This document shows positions 49,636-61,077 of a DNA stretch of 64,000 bases, piece after piece (within the stretch, counting starts at the first letter, position 1; every line of letters begins with the position of its first letter). Source of the DNA: Bacteroidota bacterium (GTDB taxonomy: Bacteria > Bacteroidota > Bacteroidia > Chitinophagales > Chitinophagaceae); the NCBI GenBank assembly GCA_040390405.1, contig JAZJYJ010000005.1, positions 96,988 through 160,987 of the forward strand, written 5' to 3'. Made by a program: the position numbers and the translations under genes. The notes beneath the pieces were generated by a model that ran no database searches, was not told the DNA's origin, and worked only from the letters and a program-made list of their open reading frames with translations.

Positions 49636-51132
49636 TTACACCTTTAGTTTGCTGTTGGCCTTACTGTAGCCAAAGTAAACAACTAGTCCTATAAGCATCC
49701 ACACAAAAGCTGATAACAAGGTTTTGTTATCCAGTGAGTAGATCATAGCTGAACAAACCAGGATACCCAATACCGGTACCAATGGAACCAATGGTGTCTT
49801 GAACGGACGAACACGGTCAGGATCGTTCTTTCTCATTACCAATACACCCACGCAAACCAATACGAATGCGAACAGGGTACCAATGCTGGTCAGATCGCCC
49901 GCTACGCTACCCGGAATGAATGCAGCAAACAATCCTACAAATACGAACAGGATCATGTTTGATTTATAAGGTGTCCTGAATTTCTTATGCAGGTCGGAGA
50001 ATGCTCTTGGTAACAGGCCATCGGTTGACATGGTATAGAATACACGGCTTTGTCCCATCAGCATCACCAATATCACCGAAGAGAAACCGGCAAGGATGGC
50101 AATGGTAACGGCTTTGGCCAGCCAGCCATATCCGGCCATATAAGTTTCGATCGCGTAAGCAACAGAAGCTTCTTTACCTGATTTTACGAAATCGGTATAA
50201 GGAGCCACACCGGTTAATACATAAGAGAATAAGATGTAGAGAATGGTACAGATCACCAATGATCCGAGGATACCGATTGGCATATCCCTTTTTGGGTTCT
50301 TGGCTTCCTGCGCGGCGGTTGATACGGCATCAAACCCGATGAAGGCAAAGAATACAATGGCGGCACCCGTTAACACACCTCCCCATCCATGGCGGAATGT
50401 GTCCTTATAACTATAGAGTGTGCCATCCGGTTTCAGGGCATCCGGTGCATTGTCTGGGATCAGGTAAGGTGTGTGGTTATTGCCATTGATGAATTTCCAT
50501 CCAATTACGATAAACACAACTACGATCGCTACTTTAATAAATACGATGATCGCATTTACGAAAGCGGATTCCTGTGTGCCTTTGATCAGTAAGAGAGACA
50601 ATAATAACAAGATGAACAAAGCGGGGATGTTCATGGTACCGTGGTGCATTACCCCGGCAGTATCGAGCGCTTTTTCAAAAGGAGAGTGGCACCATTCGTA
50701 CGGTATCGACCCAAGATGGTACTGCTCCAGCAACTTATTAAGAAATTCGCTCCAGGCAATGGAAACGGTGGCGGCACCGAGGGCATATTCCAGTATCAGG
50801 GCCCAACCAATGATCCATGCTACCAATTCGCCCATGGTTGCATACGCGTAAGTGTATGCACTACCGGCAATCGGGATCATAGAAGCAAACTCAGCATAAC
50901 ACAATCCCGCAAAGGCACAACCGATAGCGGCAACGATAAAGGATAAGGTAACGGCAGGCCCGGCATGTTCACCGGCAGCTGCAGCTGTTCTTACAAATAA
51001 ACCGGCACCAATAATGGCGCCAATGCCAAGGGCAATCAGGCTTCCGGCACCGAGGGTACGCTTCAATCCTTTTTCGGAATCAGCGGCCTGGAGCATTAAA
51101 CCGTCCAATGACTTTTTTCTGAATAAACTCAT
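49636..51132 (-). CDS. APC-superfamily amino-acid permease
   Basis: GIGAIIGAG, YAEFASMIPIAGSAYTY and FAFIGFDAVSTAAQEAKNP. ATG 51132 preferred. Confidence 0.96.
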   Translation of the reverse strand: MSLFRKKSLDGLMLQAADSEKGLKRTLGAGSLIALGIGAIIGAGLFVRTAAAAGEHAGPAVTLSFIVAAIGCAFAGLCYAEFASMIPIAGSAYTYAYATMGELVAWIIGWALILEYALGAATVSIAWSEFLNKLLEQYHLGSIPYEWCHSPFEKALDTAGVMHHGTMNIPALFILLLLSLLLIKGTQESAFVNAIIVFIKVAIVVVFIVIGWKFINGNNHTPYLIPDNAPDALKPDGTLYSYKDTFRHGWGGVLTGAAIVFFAFIGFDAVSTAAQEAKNPKRDMPIGILGSLVICTILYILFSYVLTGVAPYTDFVKSGKEASVAYAIETYMAGYGWLAKAVTIAILAGFSSVILVMLMGQSRVFYTMSTDGLLPRAFSDLHKKFRTPYKSNMILFVFVGLFAAFIPGSVAGDLTSIGTLFAFVLVCVGVLVMRKNDPDRVRPFKTPLVPLVPVLGILVCSAMIYSLDNKTLLSAFVWMLIGLVVYFGYSKANSKLKV

Positions 51133-51251
51133 AATACAGTTAGTTAAGTTTTCTTTAATTAAAAAGTTCCGGAAAAATAGGCATTTCTGCCATTTCAGCT
51201 TCAAAAGTTTTATTAAACCGGTGAGGAAGCGCTGAAACAGGGTATTGAATA

Positions 51252-51333
51252 AGCCATGAGCTAGGGACTATAAGCTTTGAGCGACTAAAAAGCTACCTCA
51301 CAGCTCATAGTTCATAGCGCGCAGCTCATGGCT
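51252..51333. repeat. 7-nt periodic inverted repeat (AGCCATG-type arms)
   Basis: agccatg agctagg gactata agctttg, then cacagct catagtt catagcg cgcagct catggct. Confidence 0.75.
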
Positions 51334-51381
51334 GTATCATAAGAACATAAATCTTATATTGCGACGCTAATTTGCCAGGAT

Positions 51382-52635
51382 ATGAAGAAATCGAATCGGC
51401 TTACCTTTTATATTGTCCTTTCCATGATCGCCGGTATCCTGCTCGGATATGTGATTCATACACAATCGGGGCCGGAGTTCATTAAGTCGTTCTCTACCAA
51501 TATCAAACTGCTTACCACGATCTTCCTGAGACTGGTTCAGATGATCATTGCCCCGCTGGTATTTTCTACCCTGGTAGTGGGCATTGCCAAATTGGGCGAT
51601 CTGAAAACGGTGGGTCGTGTGGGTGGTAAAGCCATGTTATGGTTTATTACCGCATCACTGGTGAGTTTATTACTGGGAATGTTATTAGTGAACCTGTTTA
51701 AACCCGGCGCCGGAATAGACCTGAGCAATGCCGATATCAATGGAGCCAAAGACCTGGTAGGCAAAACACAGGAATTCAATATCCAGAAATTTGTGGAGCA
51801 TGTGTTCCCGAAAAGCGTGGTGGAAGCCATGGCCAATAATGAGATCCTGCAACTGGTGATCTTCAGTATTTTCTTTGGTATTGCCACGGCCGCACTGGGC
51901 GAAAAAGCCAAAGTAGTGGTTAAGGCTCTCGATGCCGTAGCGCATGTGATCCTGCGGATGGTGGGTTATGTAATGAATTTTGCACCTGTTGGCGTGTTTG
52001 GCGCCATTGCAGCGGTAATCGCTACCAAAGGACTGGAAGTATTTATTTTTTATGGTAAGTACCTGCTGTACTTTTTAATAGGCATCGCTTCTTTGTGGGC
52101 CGTGTTGTTGTTGGTAGGATTTATTGTACTGGGCAAACGGTTACCGGAATTATTAAAAAGGATCTTTCCTCCATTGATCATTGCCTTCAGTACGACCAGT
52201 AGTGAAGCGGTATTTCCTAAATTAACTGATGAACTGGAAAAGTTTGGCTGCAAGGATAAGATTGTTGCTTTTATTCTTCCACTGGGTTATTCCTTTAACC
52301 TGGATGGCAGTATGATGTACATGACTTTTGCCAGTATTGCGATTGCGCAAGCCTATGGTATACACCTCGACCTGGGTACACAGTTAACCATGTTACTTGT
52401 TTTGATGTTAACCAGCAAAGGCATTGCCGGTGTACCGCGTGCTTCATTGGTGGTGGTAACTGCTACCTGCGCCATGTTCCATATACCACCGGAAGGCATC
52501 GCTTTGATCTTACCGATCGATCATTTTTGCGATATGTTCAGAACCGCTACCAATGTATTGGGCAATGCACTTGCCACAAGCGTAGTTAGCAAATGGGAAA
52601 ATTCATTGGAACCTGCGATTGCAGATAATGTATAA
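51382..52635 (+). CDS. Dicarboxylate/amino acid:cation symporter (DAACS, GltP/DctA-like)
   Basis: FSTTSSEA, LPLGYSFNLDG, SKGIAGVP and DMFRTATNV. Confidence 0.96.
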   Translation: MKKSNRLTFYIVLSMIAGILLGYVIHTQSGPEFIKSFSTNIKLLTTIFLRLVQMIIAPLVFSTLVVGIAKLGDLKTVGRVGGKAMLWFITASLVSLLLGMLLVNLFKPGAGIDLSNADINGAKDLVGKTQEFNIQKFVEHVFPKSVVEAMANNEILQLVIFSIFFGIATAALGEKAKVVVKALDAVAHVILRMVGYVMNFAPVGVFGAIAAVIATKGLEVFIFYGKYLLYFLIGIASLWAVLLLVGFIVLGKRLPELLKRIFPPLIIAFSTTSSEAVFPKLTDELEKFGCKDKIVAFILPLGYSFNLDGSMMYMTFASIAIAQAYGIHLDLGTQLTMLLVLMLTSKGIAGVPRASLVVVTATCAMFHIPPEGIALILPIDHFCDMFRTATNVLGNALATSVVSKWENSLEPAIADNV

Positions 52636-52640
52636 AGAAT

Positions 52641-52711
52641 AGTAGATAGTCCATGGCCCATAGTCCATGGAAGAAATAAATAGTATCAACTATGGTCTAT
52701 GGACCATGGAC
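52641..52711. repeat. 7-nt periodic inverted repeat (AGTCCAT arms)
   Basis: agtagat agtccat ggcccat agtccat, then actatggtctatggaccatggac. Confidence 0.82.
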
Positions 52712-52727
52712 AAAAGCCCCACTAGCC

Positions 52728-53426
52728 ATGTTATCAGACCTCTTGTTATCCTCCTTTCAATGGAGCCAGTTATTACAACCCCAGTTTTATATTGAGCATG
52801 GTGGTTTATGGTTATTGCTGTTTGTGGTGTTTGCCGAAACGGGATTATTCATTGGTTTCTTCCTTCCGGGAGATAGTCTTCTGTTTGTGGCAGGTATTTA
52901 TAGTGCCAATATTGCGAAAGAAGCGATTCCCACGGGCAATGAATACTTAGATCTTGTGGTATTGCTTGTATTGATCTCCATTGCAGGTATTGCCGGAAAC
53001 GCGGTAGGGTATTGGTTTGGTAAAAGAGTAGGCCCCGCCATGTATGGATGGAAAGAAAACATGCTATACAAAAAACGCTACATGCAGGAAGCGCATGATT
53101 TTTACGAGAAGCATGGTGGCGGTGCCATTATCATAGCGAGGTTTATTCCTATTATAAGAACCTTTGCGCCCATTGTGGCAGGCATTGTACAGATGGATAA
53201 AAAGAAATTTGCTTTCTTCAATATAGTAGGCTGTGTAGCATGGGTGTTCAGCATGTTATTTGCGGGACATTTCCTGCAGAAATGGATCCTCTCCCAATTT
53301 GGGTTCGATCTGAAAGACCACCTGGAAGTAATTGTACTCGGTATTGTACTGGTTACCACCGGCCCGGTTATGATCAAACTTCTCACGGGGAAAAAGAAGA
53401 AAAACATACCCACCGATAACGTATGA
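52728..53426 (+). CDS. DedA/VTT family membrane protein
   Basis: FAETGLFIGFFLPGDSLLF and ARFIPIIRTFAP. ATG 52728 preferred because the ORF-track start lies in a repeat arm. Confidence 0.96.
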   Translation: MLSDLLLSSFQWSQLLQPQFYIEHGGLWLLLFVVFAETGLFIGFFLPGDSLLFVAGIYSANIAKEAIPTGNEYLDLVVLLVLISIAGIAGNAVGYWFGKRVGPAMYGWKENMLYKKRYMQEAHDFYEKHGGGAIIIARFIPIIRTFAPIVAGIVQMDKKKFAFFNIVGCVAWVFSMLFAGHFLQKWILSQFGFDLKDHLEVIVLGIVLVTTGPVMIKLLTGKKKKNIPTDNV

Positions 53427-54658
53427 CAACCACGCAAAAGCAGTATGGTGTTTTATCCCTTCCTGTGATTGTGGGAGCGTTGGGTTTTTTTGTGGATGTG
53501 TATGACCTGTTGCTTTTCTCCATCATCCGCAAACCCAGTCTTGAATCTTTGCATCTTTCCCCGGAACAGGTTCTGTCGAAAGGAGAACTTATTATCAGTG
53601 TTCAGATGATCGGGTTAACGCTCGGTGGCATTATCTGGGGTATCATGGGCGATAAGAAAGGAAGACTGAGTGTGTTGTTCGGGTCCATCATTTTATATTC
53701 CATCGCCAATATTGCCAATGGCATGGTGCAAACCGTTCCGCAATATGTGCTGATGCGTTTTCTCGCAGGGGTTGGATTGGCCGGCGAATTAGGTGCCAGC
53801 ATTACACTGGTTAGCGAAATGTTACCAAAAGAAAAAAGAGGCATTGCCGCTTCTGTAATTGCCGTAGTGGGTGTATTCGGTGCCATCGCCGCATTTTTCG
53901 TGTACCAGTTGTTCAAAGACTGGCGCCTTTGCTTTTACATCGGCGGTGTTATGGGACTCTTATTACTGTTGCTTAGGGCCAATGTAATGGAGAGCGGCAT
54001 GTTTGATAAAGTAAAACAATCCGGTGTACAGCGGGGAAACTTCTTAATGCTATTCAATAAAAAGGAAAGGGCGCTACGGTATTTGAAAGGGGTATTGATT
54101 GGCCTTCCTGTCTGGTACGCTATTGGCATACTCGTAACTTTTTCAGATAAGTTTGGAAAAGAATTTGGTATCGAAGGTATCGATCCCGGCAAAGCCATCA
54201 TGTACCAATATATAGGCATTGCCTTCGGTGATCTAAGCGCGGGATTACTGAGCAATTACCTGAAGAGTCGTAAAAAAGCCCTATTCACTTTCTTCAGTAT
54301 TCTTACCGTGTTTGTGATCGTATATTTTTTACAGGGTAGTGGAAGGGGCAGTGTGCAAACCATGTATACGATCTGCACATTCCTGGGTTTTGGTGCAGGA
54401 TTTTCTGTGTTGTACATTACAATGTCGGCAGAGCAGTTCGGAACCAATTTACGTGCTTCAACAGCGATTTCCATACCCAATGTGGTAAGAGGGATCTTGC
54501 CTTTAATTATTTTACTGCATCGCGGATTAAGAACGTTGACAGGAGATTATATTACAGGTGGATGGATGACCGGTGTGGTAATCATTGGCCTTGCAGTAAT
54601 AGCCGCTTATTATACCAAGGAGAGTTTTTCGAATGATATGAATTTCGTGGAAGAATAA
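53423..54658 (+). CDS. MFS transporter (paralog 1)
   Basis: GDKKGRL, GLAGELG and AEQFGTNLRA. Confidence 0.94.
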   Translation: MTTTQKQYGVLSLPVIVGALGFFVDVYDLLLFSIIRKPSLESLHLSPEQVLSKGELIISVQMIGLTLGGIIWGIMGDKKGRLSVLFGSIILYSIANIANGMVQTVPQYVLMRFLAGVGLAGELGASITLVSEMLPKEKRGIAASVIAVVGVFGAIAAFFVYQLFKDWRLCFYIGGVMGLLLLLLRANVMESGMFDKVKQSGVQRGNFLMLFNKKERALRYLKGVLIGLPVWYAIGILVTFSDKFGKEFGIEGIDPGKAIMYQYIGIAFGDLSAGLLSNYLKSRKKALFTFFSILTVFVIVYFLQGSGRGSVQTMYTICTFLGFGAGFSVLYITMSAEQFGTNLRASTAISIPNVVRGILPLIILLHRGLRTLTGDYITGGWMTGVVIIGLAVIAAYYTKESFSNDMNFVEE

Positions 54659-54687
54659 GCGATCACTCATTTCAATAAACCTAAGTT

Positions 54688-55932
54688 ATGTCTGGAAAAA
54701 AATTCGGTATCCTATCAATCCCGGTAATCGTTGCGGCTCTTGGCTATTTTGTAGACATCTACGACCTGTTACTGTTTACCATTGTACGCGAACCGAGTTT
54801 GCAGGGTATCGGTGTATTGTTAACGGATAAAGTACAGGTGCTGGCTGCCAGTACCAAGATCATCAATTTTCAAATGGTTGGTTTGTTGATTGGCGGTGTG
54901 ATCTGGGGAACCATTGGTGATAAGAAAGGAAGATTAAGTGTTTTGTTTGGCTCTATTGCTTTGTATTCCATCGCTAATTTTTTAACGGGCTACGTACAAA
55001 CGGTGGATCAATATGCCTGGGCAAGATTTATTGCAGGTGTTGGTTTGGCAGGAGAACTGGGTGCGGGCATTACATTGGTGAGCGAATTGTTGCCGAAAGA
55101 AAAAAGAGGCATTGGCACTTCATTGGTGGCGGGCATCGGGTTGTTTGGTGCCGTATTCGCATACTTTATTTACAAAGCTACCAGCGACTGGCGCCTGTGT
55201 TACAAAATAGGCGGAGGGTTGGGTATTGTACTTTTATTGCTCCGTATATCCGTTGCAGAGAGTGGTATGTTCAACGAGGTAAAACAACAGGAAGGAGTAC
55301 AGCGCGGAAATTTCCTTATGTTCTTCACTAATGGAAAACGATTTAAAAAATATTTTCTCGCTATCCTAATCGGCTTACCTACCTGGTATGTAATTGGTGT
55401 ATTGGTAAACTTAAGCAATCGTTTCGCTAAAGAATTATATGGCGATAACCATATCGAAAGTGGCCGTGCCATAATGTATGCCTATGCTGCCATAGCTATT
55501 GGTGATATATTAATTGGCTTGGTAAGCCAGTATTTCAAGAGCCGTAAAAAAGCATTGCTTTGTTTTTTTGTTTTATGTATTGCGTCGTTGGTTTTATTCT
55601 TCAGCAATTACAACAACAGCGATGTACGTATGTATGCCATTTGTGCCATGCTGGGGTTCAGTACCGGTTTCTGGGCCATCTTTATTACGATGGGTGCGGA
55701 ACAGTTTGGTACCAACCTGCGGGCAACAGCGGCTACAACTATACCTAATATGGTACGTGGGGCATTGCCATTGATCAACCTGATGTTCCTGGATCTGTTT
55801 CAGAAAAGCTGGGGCTGGGGATTGATTCAGAGTGGTATTGTTACGGGAACTGTTGTAATGAGTATTACGATTGTGGCTTTTTATTTTACCGAAGAAACCT
55901 TTCACAAAGACCTGAACTATGTTGAGGCATAA
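54688..55932 (+). CDS. MFS transporter (paralog 2)
   Basis: Same motifs as paralog 1. Confidence 0.94.
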   Translation: MSGKKFGILSIPVIVAALGYFVDIYDLLLFTIVREPSLQGIGVLLTDKVQVLAASTKIINFQMVGLLIGGVIWGTIGDKKGRLSVLFGSIALYSIANFLTGYVQTVDQYAWARFIAGVGLAGELGAGITLVSELLPKEKRGIGTSLVAGIGLFGAVFAYFIYKATSDWRLCYKIGGGLGIVLLLLRISVAESGMFNEVKQQEGVQRGNFLMFFTNGKRFKKYFLAILIGLPTWYVIGVLVNLSNRFAKELYGDNHIESGRAIMYAYAAIAIGDILIGLVSQYFKSRKKALLCFFVLCIASLVLFFSNYNNSDVRMYAICAMLGFSTGFWAIFITMGAEQFGTNLRATAATTIPNMVRGALPLINLMFLDLFQKSWGWGLIQSGIVTGTVVMSITIVAFYFTEETFHKDLNYVEA

Positions 55933-55949
55933 CACAAATTATAACGTAT

Positions 55950-56050
55950 AAAACCGTGCCTTTGTGCCTCCGTGTGGGTTAAATTTGCACACGGAGGCAC
56001 AAAGGCACGGTTTTGTTCGTGTTATTCGTAATAATTCGTGTAATTCGTAT
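55950..56050. repeat. 9-nt periodic inverted repeat (perfect 27-bp arms) plus an unpaired ATTCGT 9-mer run
   Basis: aaaaccgtgcctttgtgcctccgtgtg (55950-55976) and cacacggaggcacaaaggcacggtttt (55988-56014), then gttcgtgttattcgtaataattcgtgtaattcgtat. Confidence 0.92.
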
Positions 56051-56051
56051 C

Positions 56052-57038
56052 ATGAAGTTTTTAATCATCCGCTTCTCTTCCATCGGCGATATTGTACTCA
56101 CCTCACCTGTGATCCGTTGCCTGAAACAACAGGTACCAGGTGCCGAAGTACATTTTCTTACCAAAGAGAATTTCCACGGATTAATCGCTTCCAATCCTTA
56201 TATAGATAAAGTACAGGTGTTGGGCAGCAGTTGGGATCTGATGATGCACCAATTGAACTACGAGCACTATGATTATATCATTGACCTGCACCACAACCTC
56301 CGCACACTTCGGATCAAGAAAGGATTAAAAGGGGCAAAATCCTTTTCCTTTGATAAGCTGAATATTCAGAAATGGTTGTGTACGGCACTTAAGATAAACC
56401 GCTTACCGGATACACATATTGTAGACCGCTATCTTGCCACGGTAGCATCATTTGGTGTGGCGAATGATGGGAAGGGGCTTGATTATTTTTACCCCGAAAA
56501 TGAAAAAACCATTTCGAAAGATCTTCCGGCTTCGCATAGGTTCGGGTATGTGGGTATTGTGATCGGTGCAGCGTTAAATACAAAAAAACTGCCCGTACAT
56601 AAGCTAAAGGAGTTGTGCAGGGAGATTCATTTTCCGGTTGTTTTACTCGGTGGGCAGGAAGATAGAACCGCTGGTGAAGAAATTGCTTCAGCAGATGAGA
56701 TCAAAATTTATAATGCCTGTGGTAAATTCAGCCTGCATGAAAGTGCCGACCTTGTTCGGAAGGCAAAACTGATCGTTACGCATGATACAGGGCTCATGCA
56801 TATTGCTGCGGCTTTTCATAAACCCATTATCAGTATCTGGGGCAATACCATTCCGGAATTTGGTATGGGGCCTTATTATGGTGAAGCAATTATTGCGAAT
56901 GAGACCGCAGAAGTGAAAGGATTATCCTGCCGTCCATGCAGCAAGATCGGCTATAACAAATGTCCAAAAGGGCATTTTAAATGTATGGAGATGCAGGATA
57001 TAGAAAAGATGCAACAGTTAGTACAGTCATTGCTTTAA
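56052..57038 (+). CDS. Glycosyltransferase family 9 (heptosyltransferase-like)
   Basis: RFSSIGDIVLT, THDTGLMHIAAA and CRPCSK...C. ATG 56052 preferred. Confidence 0.94.
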   Translation: MKFLIIRFSSIGDIVLTSPVIRCLKQQVPGAEVHFLTKENFHGLIASNPYIDKVQVLGSSWDLMMHQLNYEHYDYIIDLHHNLRTLRIKKGLKGAKSFSFDKLNIQKWLCTALKINRLPDTHIVDRYLATVASFGVANDGKGLDYFYPENEKTISKDLPASHRFGYVGIVIGAALNTKKLPVHKLKELCREIHFPVVLLGGQEDRTAGEEIASADEIKIYNACGKFSLHESADLVRKAKLIVTHDTGLMHIAAAFHKPIISIWGNTIPEFGMGPYYGEAIIANETAEVKGLSCRPCSKIGYNKCPKGHFKCMEMQDIEKMQQLVQSLL

Positions 57039-57055
57039 GTAATCAAACTCTTAAT

Positions 57056-58396
<1,341 letters not shown>

Positions 58397-58406
58397 AATG
58401 TGATAG

Positions 58407-58461
58407 CCCCAACTTTTAAGTTGGGGATTGCAAAGAAGTAAAATGGAATGGGCTTTAGCCC
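58407..58461. repeat. Two short REP-like palindromes
   Basis: ccccaactt-tt-aagttgggg (58407-58426) and gggctttagccc (58450-58461). Confidence 0.55.
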
Positions 58462-58600
58462 TGACCGATAAATGCAGAATAAACCAGTGCCTGAATTCCG
58501 GATGAGGATAAAAAAATCCTCCTATCTTTAATACCCCTCTTGTATTGAAATATAGACGAATTTATTTAGGGGAACAATTCTTGTTCCTCGATCCTTAAAA

Positions 58601-61015
58601 ATGAGTATGGTATTTTTAAAACATTCGGTATTAACAGGATGTGTTTTCCTGTTTGCAGTGAACCTGCTTACTGCACAACAGGCAACTGCTACAGTACAAC
58701 CGGTCTCCCCCGTCAAAATACATATCCATACGGATAAAGACGGTTACCTGCCAGGAGCAACCATCTGGTTTAAATCTTACCTGGTCATAGGCTATCTTCC
58801 GGATACCCTGCACACCAATCTTTTTGTAGACCTGGTTAACCAAAATGGAAAAGTGTTCAATCACCAGGTAATGCCTGTGACAGATGCTTCTTCTGCCGGC
58901 AGCTTTCAATTGCCCGATTCCGTATCGGCACAGGCTTTTTTTATCAGGGCATACACCAATCATACAGCAGATACAGCCAATGGAGATAGCTACTATAAGC
59001 GAATAGACATTATTACGAAGAAAGCAATAGCAAAACCTGTTGATGAAATAGTGAAAACCAATTTGTATTTTTTTCCGGAAGGAGGCGTCTTTGTTGGTGA
59101 AGTGGTGAATCGCCTTTCTTTTAAATCGGCCTACAGCAACGGACTTCCTTATGAACTGAAAGGAATCATCAGATCGGAAGAAGGAATTGTAATCGACAGT
59201 ATCCGCTCCGTACACAACGGGATGGGTGTTTTTTCGATCACACCCAAAACCAATGAGCAATATATAGCCGAATGGACCGATGAGAAAGGAGCGTTAAGAC
59301 AAACACGTTTGCCCTTAGCTGTTGCCCAAGGCATAACACTTCATACAGAACAAGTAAACAATTATCTCTACTATGTAGTGCAATGCCCCGAAGCGGTTAC
59401 GGATCTGAGCAATATACATGTGAAGGCTTACCTGCACGACAAAGAAATTTACCAGGCTACACTTGCCACAGGAAATACACCGGTGATTTCGGGTAGATTG
59501 GCATTGAATGCTTTGCCATCCGGGATTGTGCGGATTACCGCCTTCGATAACAATGACCATCCACTGGCCGAGCGGATCTGTTTTGTAGATAACCAATTCC
59601 GCCTGGATACAAAACTTGCCATAACCGAAAAGAATACAGCAAAGCGTGGAAGGAATACGATTGAAATCGAAGTACCCGATACATTGTTAACCAATCTTTC
59701 TGTTTCAGTATATGAAGCAGGATTTCACCAGGATATGTCGGCCAGCATTTATACTGACTTGCTGCTGGGTAATGAAATAAAGGGTTATGTATATGAACCG
59801 GCCTGGTATTTTGCAGAAGCCACCGATGAGCGGAAAAAAGCACTTGACCTGGTAATGCAAACCAATGGTTGGAGAAAATACATAGCTCAACCCATAACAG
59901 ATAGCGTTGATGACAATTATATTACATTAAAGGGAATAGTAACTGACCAGAAGAAAATGCCGGTGATAGGAGAGCCGGTAACAGTAATGATTCAACAAAA
60001 AGACTCGACCAAACTGTTTTATACATTAAGGACTGATGCTAGCGGAAAATTCAGCAAAAATGGATTGTTTTTCTTTGACTCGGTACAGGTATGGTACCAG
60101 TTTAACCGGAAAAATAAGAGAGCTGCTGATTTCAGAATTAATATCGCAACTAATATCACCACGCATCCGGTGTATAGCGAGGTGCCGGTACCTAGTCTGC
60201 GTTCATTGCCTTTATCATTGGTATTGTCAAAAGAAGCGGTTATTCCGGAAAGATTTTTTGTTCAGAATACTGCGGATGGTTTTACAAACAAAGGCTTCCG
60301 ATTGAATGAGGTTACAGTTTCTAACCGGAAATGGAAAAACGATCCGATGTTGTTAATGGACGAAAAATATACAACAGGAATATACAGAGGAAATGCCCGG
60401 GCTTTTTCTTTTGACGTATTGAATGACCCTATGGCCACGGCAAAAGGTGATATCCTGAATTATTTAATAGGGAAGGTCCCCGGGTTATCACTTGACTACC
60501 CTAAAAAAGGAGCATTAGGTGGATTTAAAAAACTTTTGATGCGAAACAACCCCGTTGAGTTAATCTTCATAGATGAGCATCGCTTTGAATTTAACCCTGC
60601 AGAAGCTTTGGGATATAGTGAAATTCAGAACCTGAATATGAATGACATTGCATACGTTAAATTTTACGACACTTATCCTTTAGAACCACTTAAATCAGCA
60701 CTTGCTATTTACCTGAAAAAAGGAGACGAGATCACACAAAAAGACCTGGAATCCGGATTACCCAAAACCAAAGTGGCGGGTTATACAACGGTAAAAGAAT
60801 TTTATTCTCCCGACTACAGCGTACCGGAAACCAAGCAGGCCGCGGTTGACCTGCGTACTACTTTGTACTGGCAGCCATATATCAGTACGGATAAAAACAA
60901 TTCAAAAGCCACGATCCATTTTTATAATAATGATGCTAGTTCTAAAATGTGGCTGGTGGTTGAGGGTATGAATGAGGCAGGTAAACTTATCAGGATTGAG
61001 AAAATGATTGAATAA
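58601..61015 (+). CDS. Large secreted Bacteroidota protein (MG2-like N-terminus, plug-like segment, DxRxTLYW C-terminus)
   Basis: IHIHTDKDGYLPGATIWFK, FFPEGG, LDLVMQTNGWR, LNEVTV and DLRTTLYWQP. Confidence 0.8.
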   Translation: MSMVFLKHSVLTGCVFLFAVNLLTAQQATATVQPVSPVKIHIHTDKDGYLPGATIWFKSYLVIGYLPDTLHTNLFVDLVNQNGKVFNHQVMPVTDASSAGSFQLPDSVSAQAFFIRAYTNHTADTANGDSYYKRIDIITKKAIAKPVDEIVKTNLYFFPEGGVFVGEVVNRLSFKSAYSNGLPYELKGIIRSEEGIVIDSIRSVHNGMGVFSITPKTNEQYIAEWTDEKGALRQTRLPLAVAQGITLHTEQVNNYLYYVVQCPEAVTDLSNIHVKAYLHDKEIYQATLATGNTPVISGRLALNALPSGIVRITAFDNNDHPLAERICFVDNQFRLDTKLAITEKNTAKRGRNTIEIEVPDTLLTNLSVSVYEAGFHQDMSASIYTDLLLGNEIKGYVYEPAWYFAEATDERKKALDLVMQTNGWRKYIAQPITDSVDDNYITLKGIVTDQKKMPVIGEPVTVMIQQKDSTKLFYTLRTDASGKFSKNGLFFFDSVQVWYQFNRKNKRAADFRINIATNITTHPVYSEVPVPSLRSLPLSLVLSKEAVIPERFFVQNTADGFTNKGFRLNEVTVSNRKWKNDPMLLMDEKYTTGIYRGNARAFSFDVLNDPMATAKGDILNYLIGKVPGLSLDYPKKGALGGFKKLLMRNNPVELIFIDEHRFEFNPAEALGYSEIQNLNMNDIAYVKFYDTYPLEPLKSALAIYLKKGDEITQKDLESGLPKTKVAGYTTVKEFYSPDYSVPETKQAAVDLRTTLYWQPYISTDKNNSKATIHFYNNDASSKMWLVVEGMNEAGKLIRIEKMIE

Positions 61016-61045
61016 AAAAAGATCCCCCTGAATTACTTCAGAGGG
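61016..61045. terminator. Terminator between convergent genes
   Basis: aaaaaaagatccccctgaa tta cttcagagggatc. Confidence 0.75.
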
Positions 61046-61077
61046 ATCAACCCAAAACTCAACTGCTATATCAACTG

